From positions 79,013 to 143,012 of IMG/VR virus record IMGVR_UViG_3300012953_000015: a stretch of DNA of 64,000 bases; one strand, written 5' to 3'. Made by a program: the position numbers and the translations under genes. Source of the stretch: a virus. Shown one piece after another: positions 30,046 to 39,358 of this stretch (position 1 is the stretch's first letter; each line of letters opens with the position of its first letter). Below the pieces are notes generated by a model, which did not search any database, was not told the origin of the DNA, and worked only from the letters and a program-made list of their open reading frames with translations.

Positions 30046-30341
30046 TGATATATTGTTTTGATCTAGACAACACCCTCTGCAATACAAAAGAAAATTTTTA
30101 TGAAGATTCTACTCCAATTGTTGAAAGAATTGAAGCTGTCAATAAGTTGCATGAAGCTGGTCACATAATAGTAATAGACACAGCAAGAGGAAGCGTCAGC
30201 GGAAAAAAATGGTGGAGATTCACTATTGAACAACTGAATTCCTGGGGTTTAAAATTTCACACCTTAAGAACTGGGGTAAAATTTCCTGCTGACATCTTTG
30301 TCGACGACAAAGGCTTTAACGATAAAGTCTTCTTTCCATAA
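30045..30341 (+). CDS. HAD-family phosphatase (BcbF/capsule phosphatase-like)
   Basis: FDLDNTL, TARG, K...DIFVDDK. Confidence 0.85.
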   Translation: MIYCFDLDNTLCNTKENFYEDSTPIVERIEAVNKLHEAGHIIVIDTARGSVSGKKWWRFTIEQLNSWGLKFHTLRTGVKFPADIFVDDKGFNDKVFFP

Positions 30342-30366
30342 TTTCAACATTAGAAAAGGTAACTGA

Positions 30367-30843
30367 ATGTCTGACGATATCAAGAAAAAAGAGTATGAAA
30401 AAGCTATAAATCAAAAATTGTCTAAGTACGATATAAACCCGTTTATTTTAAACGACAAAAATCAAGTTTTACTTCAACAAAGGATATCCACTGTTATATT
30501 TGGCGGAAAATGGATAATGCCGGGTGGCAAAGTTTTTGATTTAGAGAGAATAGAATCAGCTTTAAAGAGAATGACAAAATTAAAAACTAATGCTGATATA
30601 ATTTTTTACAACAAAGAATTAAACAGTTCTTTGATCGGGGTTTACGACGATCCATATAGAGACCCTAGAGAACATGTTGTTGGAATTACTTTTGCATGTA
30701 AATATGTTGGGGGTGATTTAATCCCAGGCGGAAATAGTTCAAAAGTTCAATTTTTTGATATGGAAGATGCTTTAAAACTAGATTTAGGTTTTGGTCATGA
30801 TTACATGATTAAGCACGCATATGAAAAGCTAGGAATCTCATGA
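30367..30843 (+). CDS. Nudix-fold protein with degenerate Nudix box
   Basis: WIMPGGKVFDLERIESALKRMTKLKT; RDPREHVV. Confidence 0.75.
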   Translation: MSDDIKKKEYEKAINQKLSKYDINPFILNDKNQVLLQQRISTVIFGGKWIMPGGKVFDLERIESALKRMTKLKTNADIIFYNKELNSSLIGVYDDPYRDPREHVVGITFACKYVGGDLIPGGNSSKVQFFDMEDALKLDLGFGHDYMIKHAYEKLGIS

Positions 30844-32024
30844 TATCTGAATTTTTTAAAAATGTTATTGCTAGGACAATTGACAAATTTTGGCTAAATT
30901 CATATAAGCATTACGATTTTTTTGAAAAGTCTCAATGGTGGTCTGAAGAAGAATTTAGAAAATTTCAGCTAGATTCATTAAAAAAACTAGGAAGCAAAAT
31001 AGATCTTCAAATTGAATCTTGGGATGATTTTGAAAGACTTCCGTTTATGTCAAAAACAGAATTAAGAAATTTCGAAAAGCCTACTGATAAACCTTACCAC
31101 GTTCATAATACTTCTGGCTCGACCGGTTATCCACTTTCTATTTATCTTACTCATGAAAATTGGGGAATGAAGGAGGGAATGTTTCTTCGTCATTGGGAAT
31201 GGATGGGAAGAAAGAAAGAAGATCTAGTTTTAAGATTAATTTCAGGAGAACCAAAATTTTCTAAATTTGATCGGTTAAGGAATGTAAAACCGATGAATTT
31301 TAGAGACTTAAATGATGATAAGATAGACTGGATAATTGATAATCAACCGAAGTTTATACATTGTACTGTATTTACCGCTAGGCAAGTTGTTCAATTACTA
31401 AAAAACAGAGATAGATTAGAAGTTCTAAAAGATATTACTCTTTGGTGGACAAACGAAAACACAGGACCACATTATGAAGAGATGTCTAAATATTTTAAGG
31501 ATATCTATCATGGATATGGTTTAGCTGAATTGACTCCAGTCGCAACTCAATGCGAATTTGGTGAACTTCATATTATTGAAGAGATGGCTATTGTAGAAGA
31601 AATTGATGGCAAAATAGTCGTCACTAACCCATTCAACGAAGCAATGCCAATTATCAGGTATCAAACAGGCGATACTGGTAAAATTGTTAGTTCATCTTGC
31701 CGTTGCGGTAGAAAATCAAGAATCATAAAAGATCTCAAGGGTAAAGGCGTAGATTTTTATGCTGGTCCTGAATTTAAAATTCCGATCGATTGGTTAGTTG
31801 TAAGTCCGATTTCTAAAAAATATATAGATTTTATCGACACCTGGAGAGCAGAAGTAAAAGTTAGCAAAAAGATCTTAGAGCTTTCTGTAAAATGGAAATC
31901 TAAAGAAGTTTCCAAAATGGAGTGGTATGCTGATTGGCTAAAAGAAGAATACGATCTCAATCTTATAATTAAAGATTATACCGGCGATTTTCCGGATAAA
32001 CAATTATTAAGGGTTTTAGATTGA
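30840..32024 (+). CDS. CapK / phenylacetate-CoA ligase family adenylating enzyme
   Basis: TSGSTG, YGLAE, IRYQTGD, CRCGR. Confidence 0.85.
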   Translation: MISEFFKNVIARTIDKFWLNSYKHYDFFEKSQWWSEEEFRKFQLDSLKKLGSKIDLQIESWDDFERLPFMSKTELRNFEKPTDKPYHVHNTSGSTGYPLSIYLTHENWGMKEGMFLRHWEWMGRKKEDLVLRLISGEPKFSKFDRLRNVKPMNFRDLNDDKIDWIIDNQPKFIHCTVFTARQVVQLLKNRDRLEVLKDITLWWTNENTGPHYEEMSKYFKDIYHGYGLAELTPVATQCEFGELHIIEEMAIVEEIDGKIVVTNPFNEAMPIIRYQTGDTGKIVSSSCRCGRKSRIIKDLKGKGVDFYAGPEFKIPIDWLVVSPISKKYIDFIDTWRAEVKVSKKILELSVKWKSKEVSKMEWYADWLKEEYDLNLIIKDYTGDFPDKQLLRVLD

Positions 32025-32656
32025 AAAAAGAAGACTGCTTGTTTGAGATAACTTATTTAAGACATGAAGAGGAAATAGTTAAAAGTCGAGCAAAATCAAT
32101 TGCTCAAACCCGGATTGATATCGGGAAGAGACTAGGGAAAAAATTTCCAATCGACGCTGATTATGTTATCCCAATGCCCGAAACAGCAGTCTTCAATGCA
32201 ATCGGATATCATCTAGAAACAGGAATACCTTATTGTTTGGGAGTGTATAAAACTCGACCAAAGATAAAAACTCTCTTTATCGATGATAGAGAAGTTACTT
32301 TAAAAGAGACTATGATAACAGTACCTCAAATCATAGAGGGAAAAAGAATTGTTATAGTAGATGAAACAGTTATCAGCGGTCTTACTTTAAAAGTTAATAT
32401 TGAAAAAATAAGAAAGCACAACCCAAAAGAAATTCACTTAAGGCTAGTGATAGCTCCAATGACTAGGACATGTCCATCTTCAGATTTTGGCGAAGATTGG
32501 GTTTTTGCTATAAATGAAAACAATAATTTAGCCGAATTTTTTGGAGTTGACTCTATAGAGTGGCTGTCTCCTGAAGATTACGAAGATTTTGTAAATTGCT
32601 CTTATTGCTTTGGGGGAAAGTGTGACAACAGTAAAATGGTTAAAACTAAATTTTGA
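32021..32656 (+). CDS. PurF-like phosphoribosyltransferase domain lacking the glutaminase domain
   Basis: CLFEITY, VIPMPETA, IVIVDETVISGLT, EIHLR, CSYCFGG. Confidence 0.8.
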   Translation: MKKEDCLFEITYLRHEEEIVKSRAKSIAQTRIDIGKRLGKKFPIDADYVIPMPETAVFNAIGYHLETGIPYCLGVYKTRPKIKTLFIDDREVTLKETMITVPQIIEGKRIVIVDETVISGLTLKVNIEKIRKHNPKEIHLRLVIAPMTRTCPSSDFGEDWVFAINENNNLAEFFGVDSIEWLSPEDYEDFVNCSYCFGGKCDNSKMVKTKF

Positions 32657-33710
32657 TGAAGAGGATGTCTCTTCTGTTACTGATTTATTAAATTCTCAAT
32701 CTACGATTTGTGGATTTTCCGAAGTAGTAGATCAATTCGAAGAAGCATGCAGCGCTTATTTCGGTGTTAAACATGCGCTAGCTTGTGCTAATGGCACTGT
32801 AGCTATATTCATAGCATGCGAAGCTTTACAACGATTTTATGATAAAAAGTTCAATTACGGAGTTCCAACTTGGAGTTATATAGCTCCAGCTAATGTCGCT
32901 GACTACGTTGGGGAGTTAACGTTAATAGATTCTGAAATAAACTCTCACAATGTAGAAGTTAACAACGTAGATCTCGGTGTTGTAGATGCTTTAATTCCTG
33001 TTGACATGGCAGGCATTCCTGTTGATTATGATTCTATAAAAAAATTAAACATTCCCGTAGTAGCTGATTGCGCTGAGTCACTTGGATCTAAGTACAAAGG
33101 GGAACATTCATGTTCGTTAAGTTTAGTGTCGACAACAAGCTTTCAGGATGCTAAGATAATAACAACTGGCGAAGGTGGGATGGTTTTCACAAATAACGAT
33201 GAAATTGCTAAAATTTGTAAACTTTTAATCAACCAAGGATATGGACCAAGCGGTTACGATATGCATGATCATATTGCTAAAGGTTTTAACTTCAGGATGT
33301 CAGCGCTACAAGCTGCTTTAGGAATATCACAACTGAAAAAGATAGAAAAGTTTTTATCACTTAGAGAAAATACTGCTTCTATCTATAGGGAAAAACTCAA
33401 CAAGTTAGTTGAGTTTCCAATCATTAGTGAAGATGTTATTTCAAACAATTACTCTTTCTTAATAATGTTGGACAGTAAGACAGAACGAGATAAGTTAAAA
33501 AACTTTCTTGCAAGCAAAAACATTCAAAGCAAATTATGGAAGCCAATCCATCTGTATGGTCTTTTCAAAGATCAGGGGAGTTTCACAAATGCAGAGTATA
33601 TTTTCGACCACCATTTGAGATTACCAATTCATAACAATATGAGAGATGAAGAAACTGAGTTAGTTTGTAGAGAGATAAAAAAATGTTTGGAGGTAATTAG
33701 AAATGATTGA
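32610..33710 (+). CDS. DegT/DnrJ/EryC1/StrS PLP-dependent sugar aminotransferase
   Basis: NGTVA, DCAESLG, SFQDAKIITTGEGG, GFNFRMS; start may be GTG 32622. Confidence 0.92.
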   Translation: MGESVTTVKWLKLNFDEEDVSSVTDLLNSQSTICGFSEVVDQFEEACSAYFGVKHALACANGTVAIFIACEALQRFYDKKFNYGVPTWSYIAPANVADYVGELTLIDSEINSHNVEVNNVDLGVVDALIPVDMAGIPVDYDSIKKLNIPVVADCAESLGSKYKGEHSCSLSLVSTTSFQDAKIITTGEGGMVFTNNDEIAKICKLLINQGYGPSGYDMHDHIAKGFNFRMSALQAALGISQLKKIEKFLSLRENTASIYREKLNKLVEFPIISEDVISNNYSFLIMLDSKTERDKLKNFLASKNIQSKLWKPIHLYGLFKDQGSFTNAEYIFDHHLRLPIHNNMRDEETELVCREIKKCLEVIRND

Positions 33711-34080
33711 TCGAGATAATGATATCGAAGTTGTCTGTGATTTAGATCACACCCTATATCGCCACCCATTGATAACTAGAACACTTTTTAAGATTTCTTC
33801 TTTTTTTCATAAATTAGCTTTAAAATTTGTTGTTATAGACGAATCTGTTCTAGAACAAATAAGAGGTAAGAAAATAGTGATCATGACCGGGCGAGACGCT
33901 GTTCATGATAAAAAAACTATAACTAAAAACTTAGAAAGAGATGGTATACACTACGAGCAGTTACGTATGTGCCCTCGTTTTGACTTAGTTTTAGATTGGA
34001 AAATAGATTATATTAAAAAAATGAAAGAAAAAAATCAAGACCTTGTTTGGTTAGATGATGATAAACCTGCAAGCTTTTAG
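33703..34080 (+). CDS. HAD-like phosphatase
   Basis: CDLDHTL, MTGR, K...LDDD. Confidence 0.7.
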   Translation: MIDRDNDIEVVCDLDHTLYRHPLITRTLFKISSFFHKLALKFVVIDESVLEQIRGKKIVIMTGRDAVHDKKTITKNLERDGIHYEQLRMCPRFDLVLDWKIDYIKKMKEKNQDLVWLDDDKPASF

Positions 34081-34090
34081 TGGAGAAAAA

Positions 34091-35320
34091 ATGAAAATAT
34101 CATTTATTGGTTTAGGAAAATTAGGATTACCTTTAGCATGCTGTTTAGCTGCATCTGGTAGAAAGATCCTCTGTGTTGATAAGAATGAGCACGTTTTAGA
34201 TACTTTAAAAAGGGGACAGCTCCCATTTTTTGAACCAGGTTTAGAAGACTTATTAAAGAAAGCTGATAAAAATTTAATAGGATTTACAGATTCTTACTCT
34301 AAAGCTATCGAAGAGACAGATGTTAGTTTAATACTGGTAAATACTCAGCTAGGCGATGATGGATATGCTTCAGATTTTGTAGAAGCAGCATTATCAGATA
34401 TTGCAATTAATCTTAGAGATAGTGATAAGCCTTACCATACAATTGTTTTATCTTCCACTGTTTTACCAGGAACTATAAAAGATAAACTTATCCCTTTGGT
34501 AGAAAATATATCTAACCGAAAGTATAAAGAAGGTTTTGGTTTTTCTTACGTTCCAGATTTTGTCAGATTAGGGATGGTTATAGAAGATTTTAAAAATCCG
34601 GAGTTTTTTTTGATAGGTTCTAATTGCAAAAAAGATTATAAGATTACTAAGAAAATTTTTAAAGATCTTCACGAAAACAAGCCTCCACATTACAGTCTAA
34701 CTTTAGAAGAAGTAGAAGTTGCAAAGGTAGCTTTAAACGCTTTCATAGTTAATAAAATTACTTTTGCAAATTTCTTAGGCCAACTTTGCGATGAGCTTGA
34801 AAATGTAAATGTTCATAATATAACAGAAACTATAGGTAATGACAAAAGGATATCTCCTTTCTTTTTTAGCTCTGGAGCTCCTTATGGAGGTACTTGCTTT
34901 CCTCGGGACACTTGGGCGTTTATACGCTTCGCAAAAGATAGAGGTAAAGAAGCGAAAAACTTAATCTTCGCAGAAGAAGTTAATGAAATGGTTTATCAAG
35001 ATATCTTTAAAAAAGTTTCAAAGTATAAAAAAGTTGGCATTTTAGGAGTATCTTTTAAACCAAATTCTCCAGTAACAATTGGATCTCCATCTGCTAGACT
35101 AATCAAAGAGCTTAAGAGGGATGGAAAAGAGGTTTATACGTATGATCCAATCCCGGAAGTTTACAGCAATCTTCGATTAGACGTCAATGAATGTTCTTCA
35201 ATCGAAGATTGTTTAGAGAAATCTGAAGTAGTTGCCATAATGCATTATGACGAAAGGTATAAAAAAGTATCAGATTCGAGTTCGAAAATTATTGATGTTT
35301 GGGGAAATGGAAGAAAGTAG
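34091..35320 (+). CDS. UDP-glucose/GDP-mannose 6-dehydrogenase family
   Basis: GLGKLG, STVLPGT, GGTCFPRD, GVSFKP; GGAG SD before ATG 34091. Confidence 0.92.
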   Translation: MKISFIGLGKLGLPLACCLAASGRKILCVDKNEHVLDTLKRGQLPFFEPGLEDLLKKADKNLIGFTDSYSKAIEETDVSLILVNTQLGDDGYASDFVEAALSDIAINLRDSDKPYHTIVLSSTVLPGTIKDKLIPLVENISNRKYKEGFGFSYVPDFVRLGMVIEDFKNPEFFLIGSNCKKDYKITKKIFKDLHENKPPHYSLTLEEVEVAKVALNAFIVNKITFANFLGQLCDELENVNVHNITETIGNDKRISPFFFSSGAPYGGTCFPRDTWAFIRFAKDRGKEAKNLIFAEEVNEMVYQDIFKKVSKYKKVGILGVSFKPNSPVTIGSPSARLIKELKRDGKEVYTYDPIPEVYSNLRLDVNECSSIEDCLEKSEVVAIMHYDERYKKVSDSSSKIIDVWGNGRK

Positions 35321-35326
35321 GAGAGT

Positions 35327-36172
35327 ATGCACAGTATTATTTTAACTATTCACAATGGAGAAAGATGCCCGTTTGGAGGAAAATTTCTGTTAGAAAGAGT
35401 TTTAGAAGGAATCATAGAAAATACAGTTGGTGATTACGAGCTATTATGTATGCTAGACGGCTGTACAGATAATTCGAAAAAAATTGTTGAAAGATATATT
35501 CAGGATTTCAATCATCTAAAAATTCGTCCAATTGTAACTCCTGATATATTTGAACTGCGGACTAATAACGTGGGTTTTAAAGCGTCTAAAGGAAAATATG
35601 TAATTGTCGTTCAGGATGACCAGATCGTTACTGAGAAGGGATGGAACGCTAGAATGCAAGAACCATTTGATTTCTTTGATGACGTATTTGCAGTGACTGC
35701 TAGGACTGCTCATAATTGGATAATTAATCCAAGTAGCATAGATTTGGGAAATGATAACGTAGACGAGACAAGGTTTTGTGATATTTTCGAATCTGCGGAT
35801 GTTACTAGCGGATATCCAGCAAGCAATATCAACATCGATAGGAATACATTTGCAGTAAGGGGAACTGTTAACCGTGGACCTCTGATGATGGATTTAGAAG
35901 ACTTAAAGGCTGTAAATTATTTAGATGATAAATTTGCTCCTTGCGATATGGATGATCATGATCTAATGTTTAGAGTTCATAAGCAGCTTGGAAAAGTTTG
36001 TGGCTTATATCGCGTTGGAGTTGAGTCTGATCATAGATGGAGTGGTTCAATGCAAAAAGGTCCACCGACCTGGGGATATCGTTCTCATTTTAAAAATTGC
36101 CGAATATTTTACGATAGAAATAAAGATATTCTTTTACAAAGAAGAATAGTAGAAAACAGGAGATTAAAATGA
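35327..36172 (+). CDS. Glycosyltransferase family 2
   Basis: LDGCTDNS, QDD, DDHDL. Confidence 0.85.
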   Translation: MHSIILTIHNGERCPFGGKFLLERVLEGIIENTVGDYELLCMLDGCTDNSKKIVERYIQDFNHLKIRPIVTPDIFELRTNNVGFKASKGKYVIVVQDDQIVTEKGWNARMQEPFDFFDDVFAVTARTAHNWIINPSSIDLGNDNVDETRFCDIFESADVTSGYPASNINIDRNTFAVRGTVNRGPLMMDLEDLKAVNYLDDKFAPCDMDDHDLMFRVHKQLGKVCGLYRVGVESDHRWSGSMQKGPPTWGYRSHFKNCRIFYDRNKDILLQRRIVENRRLK

Positions 36173-36864
36173 TTGATTTAGAACGTAAGTTTTTATTCAT
36201 TCACATAGGAAATTCTGCCGGCACTAGCATAGAGAAATCTTTATCTAATGAAACCACTTACTTTACCCCTTTTGGCAAACGACCTGGCGGAGCTCATTGG
36301 ACTTATTGGAAGAAAAAAGAGTGGTTTAAAGAATCCGAAAATACCTACACCAAGAATTTGGATTTTACTTTTGAAGATTTATATAAATTTGTAATTGTTA
36401 GAAACCCTTGGGATAGGATGGTTTCTAAATACATGCATGAATCGCAAAACGTTGAAGTTTTCACCCAACATGTTTCTGATGGTTTGAAAGGTGGTCCGGA
36501 TTTTATTAGTTTCTTAATGCATATTAAGGAAAATAACGTGCAAGATCAAGATCTTCATCTTTCGCCAAGTTTAGATTGGTTTCCACCAGAAGAAATGGAT
36601 AAAATAATTATTTTTGACAATCTTCAAAAAGGTTTTCAAGAAGCAACGAAAGAGATTGGTTTAGAAAAAGCGTTAGAAGATATTCACCCAGGACTTACTA
36701 ATGGCTCTTGGAAAAAACCTGATAGAAATCTTGATAGTTTTGGAAACCCAAGAAAACATTACAGTCTTTATTATAACGATGAATGTATAGAGTACGTCAG
36801 GGAACGTTTTAAGAAAGACATTGATTATTTCAACTTTGAATTTGATGATAAGAGGCAGAGATGA
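36169..36864 (+). CDS. Sulfotransferase family 2-like protein
   Basis: FIHIGNSAGTSI, VRNPWDRMVS, KDIDYFNF. Confidence 0.8.
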   Translation: MIDLERKFLFIHIGNSAGTSIEKSLSNETTYFTPFGKRPGGAHWTYWKKKEWFKESENTYTKNLDFTFEDLYKFVIVRNPWDRMVSKYMHESQNVEVFTQHVSDGLKGGPDFISFLMHIKENNVQDQDLHLSPSLDWFPPEEMDKIIIFDNLQKGFQEATKEIGLEKALEDIHPGLTNGSWKKPDRNLDSFGNPRKHYSLYYNDECIEYVRERFKKDIDYFNFEFDDKRQR

Positions 36865-37226
36865 AAAATACTACAGAAATACCCATAAAATTTGTTCCTA
36901 AAGGGTGGGGCTTTGAAAAGTGGATAGTAAACTGCGAAGAATACTGCGGTAAACTGTTATATTTTGCTAAAGGTAAAATGTGTTCTTGGCATTATCATGA
37001 ATTAAAAGATGAAGTTTTCTACATCCAGAGTGGAAAAATTCTAGTAAAGTATTCTGATGAAGACGACATTACGAAAGCAAAAGAGAAAATACTCGGTCCA
37101 GGAGATAACTTTCACGTGTATAGGGGGTTGAGGCATAGAATGATAGCATTGCAAGATACAGAGCTTTTTGAGTTTTCTACTCAGCACTTCGATTCAGATA
37201 GCTATAGAATCGAGAAAGGAGATTAA
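36861..37226 (+). CDS. Cupin-domain sugar isomerase-like protein
   Basis: VPKGWG, SWHYHELKDEVF, HRMIA, EFST. Confidence 0.85.
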   Translation: MKNTTEIPIKFVPKGWGFEKWIVNCEEYCGKLLYFAKGKMCSWHYHELKDEVFYIQSGKILVKYSDEDDITKAKEKILGPGDNFHVYRGLRHRMIALQDTELFEFSTQHFDSDSYRIEKGD

Positions 37227-37227
37227 T

Positions 37228-37980
37228 TTGAGTCACATATGTATATCTTCGTATTTTGGAGGATTAGGAGATTCCTTACAGTTTTCAACTTTACCTGAAC
37301 TTTTTACAGAAGCTGGAAGAGACGTTTTCGTCTGGGATAAAGCGTACTTTAGAAATCCCGAAGTAAAAGAGTTAGTCTGGGATTGTAACCCTTTTATAAA
37401 AGGAACTGCTCCAGGGGTTTGGAATGCTGGCGATCTTCCCGGATTACACAAGCCTGTACATGAAAATTGTATATCTAATTGGGAAATTCTTCATGGTTTT
37501 GAACCCACAAATATCTATCCTAAAATATACTATGATATAGAATATCAAAGTGGTTACGAAGATGTTGTGTTAGTAGATTTCTCAAGTATAACTCACAAAT
37601 ATGATAAAGAAAAAATAGAAAATGCTTTCAAAAAAATAAGAGAAAGTGAATTTTCTGGTAAAAAAGTTGTACAAGTTGCTTTTAAGAAAGATTTAAATAA
37701 AAAAGGAGCTCCCCCGGGAAGATCTAACGATGGAAATTTTCATTTCTACGATATTTGCAAAGATAAAATAGAGATCAACTCTCTTTTCGAGTACTGCAAC
37801 TTAATTGGTTCTTGTCACGGGATGATAACTACTTATAGCGGCGCTAGCCCTTTAAGCTCTGCTTTAAAGAGGCAAAATAAAAATTTAAGAAGTATTTGTA
37901 TAATACCAGAAGAGCAATATGAAAATGATAAGAAAAGATCTATTTTCATATTTGATAATATTGAATACAATTTAATTTAA
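37228..37980 (+). CDS. Putative GT-B (GT9/GT11-like) glycosyltransferase
   Basis: N-terminal GGLGDSL; C-terminal MITTYSGA; AAGGAG SD before TTG 37228. Confidence 0.5.
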   Translation: MSHICISSYFGGLGDSLQFSTLPELFTEAGRDVFVWDKAYFRNPEVKELVWDCNPFIKGTAPGVWNAGDLPGLHKPVHENCISNWEILHGFEPTNIYPKIYYDIEYQSGYEDVVLVDFSSITHKYDKEKIENAFKKIRESEFSGKKVVQVAFKKDLNKKGAPPGRSNDGNFHFYDICKDKIEINSLFEYCNLIGSCHGMITTYSGASPLSSALKRQNKNLRSICIIPEEQYENDKKRSIFIFDNIEYNLI

Positions 37981-37991
37981 AAGGGAGTTAA

Positions 37992-38966
37992 ATGAAATAT
38001 CTAATAACTGGAATAACTGGTTTTGCTGGGCCTCATCTTGCTAACCTTCTTCATTCTCATGGCCATGAGGTGTATGGTTTAGTTAGGTGTAGCAACGGAA
38101 CAGAAAACGATATAAGAGATGTAGTACCAGATGAAGTTTTTAACGAAATTGGTTTCTTATACGCTGATCTTCAAAACTTTAGAGCAATCAGCAACGTAAT
38201 GAGGAATAATCGTTTTGATGGTGTTTTTCATTTAGCTGCGCAATCTCACCCACCGACAAGCTTTCTAGACCCGGTAGGTACCTTTGAGTGTAACGTTATG
38301 GGAAGTATAAACCTTATACAAGCTATAGAAGATAATCAACCAGATTGTCGATTAATGTTTTGTTCTACTTCTGAAGTTTATGGTAACGTTGGAGCTGATG
38401 GAAGAAAGATAGTTGAAGATGACGTTATTTTTCCAGCTAACCCTTATGGAGCTTCTAAAGCAGCGATAGACCTTTATATGCAGGAAAGAATGCACAATGG
38501 AAAAATCAAAGGTTTTGTAACAAGAGCTTTCTCTCACACGGGAACCCGAAGGGGAAAAAACTTTTCTATATCTTCAGATGCATATCAAGTAGCTAGAATG
38601 ATCAAAGGATATCAAGATAAAGTTTTGTTAGTTGGAAACTTGGATTCTGTAAGAGTCGTAATTGATGTTAAAGATACAGTTAATTCTTATTATCTTGCTA
38701 TGATAAATGAAGACTGCATGGGTAAAGTTTTTAACGTTTGTGGCGACGATCCAAAAAGAATGCAGTTTTTTAGTGATAAACTGATTGAACTTTCCGGGTT
38801 AAAAGGGGTGACCAAGAAAGTTCATCCTCCTTTTTATCGACCAATTGATATACATTATCAACACGGAGATTCTAGTAAGATCTCAAATTTAACTGGTTGG
38901 AAAGTCAAAAGAGATATTGAAGACACTCTATCAGACTTGATAAAGTATTGGGTAGACAAAATCTAA
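37992..38966 (+). CDS. GDP-mannose 4,6-dehydratase / Rmd-like SDR
   Basis: ITGITGFAG, HLAAQS, STSEVYG, PYGASK, GNLDS, RPIDI. Confidence 0.9.
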   Translation: MKYLITGITGFAGPHLANLLHSHGHEVYGLVRCSNGTENDIRDVVPDEVFNEIGFLYADLQNFRAISNVMRNNRFDGVFHLAAQSHPPTSFLDPVGTFECNVMGSINLIQAIEDNQPDCRLMFCSTSEVYGNVGADGRKIVEDDVIFPANPYGASKAAIDLYMQERMHNGKIKGFVTRAFSHTGTRRGKNFSISSDAYQVARMIKGYQDKVLLVGNLDSVRVVIDVKDTVNSYYLAMINEDCMGKVFNVCGDDPKRMQFFSDKLIELSGLKGVTKKVHPPFYRPIDIHYQHGDSSKISNLTGWKVKRDIEDTLSDLIKYWVDKI

Positions 38967-39358
38967 TGATCACGGTTTTTACTCCTGGTTGTTTTGATAT
39001 ACTTCACCATGGTCATATAGAACTTTTTAAATATTGTCGTTCGATTGGTGATGAAGTTATAGTTGGTTTAAATAGTGATGATAGCATAAGAAAGATTAAA
39101 GGTTCTAACAGGCCCATTAACAACTTAAAAAGCAGAATTTCTGTTTTAAACTCTATAAAATATATTGACAAAGTGATTGTTTTTGAAGAAGAAGATCCAT
39201 ATAATTTGATAAAAAATATCAACCCAGATATTATGGTTAAAGGTGGAGACTACAAAGCAGAAGACGTCATTGGAAAAGATTTATGCGAAGTTAGGATATT
39301 TAGTTACATCGATGGCTACTCAACAACAAAATCAATACAACGTTTTAATTCTAGGTGA
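38966..39358 (+). CDS. D-glycero-manno-heptose 1-phosphate adenylyltransferase-like (HldE/RfaE domain II)
   Basis: GCFDILHHGH, VGLNSDDS, KGSNRPIN, VKGGDY, YSTT. Confidence 0.9.
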   Translation: MITVFTPGCFDILHHGHIELFKYCRSIGDEVIVGLNSDDSIRKIKGSNRPINNLKSRISVLNSIKYIDKVIVFEEEDPYNLIKNINPDIMVKGGDYKAEDVIGKDLCEVRIFSYIDGYSTTKSIQRFNSR

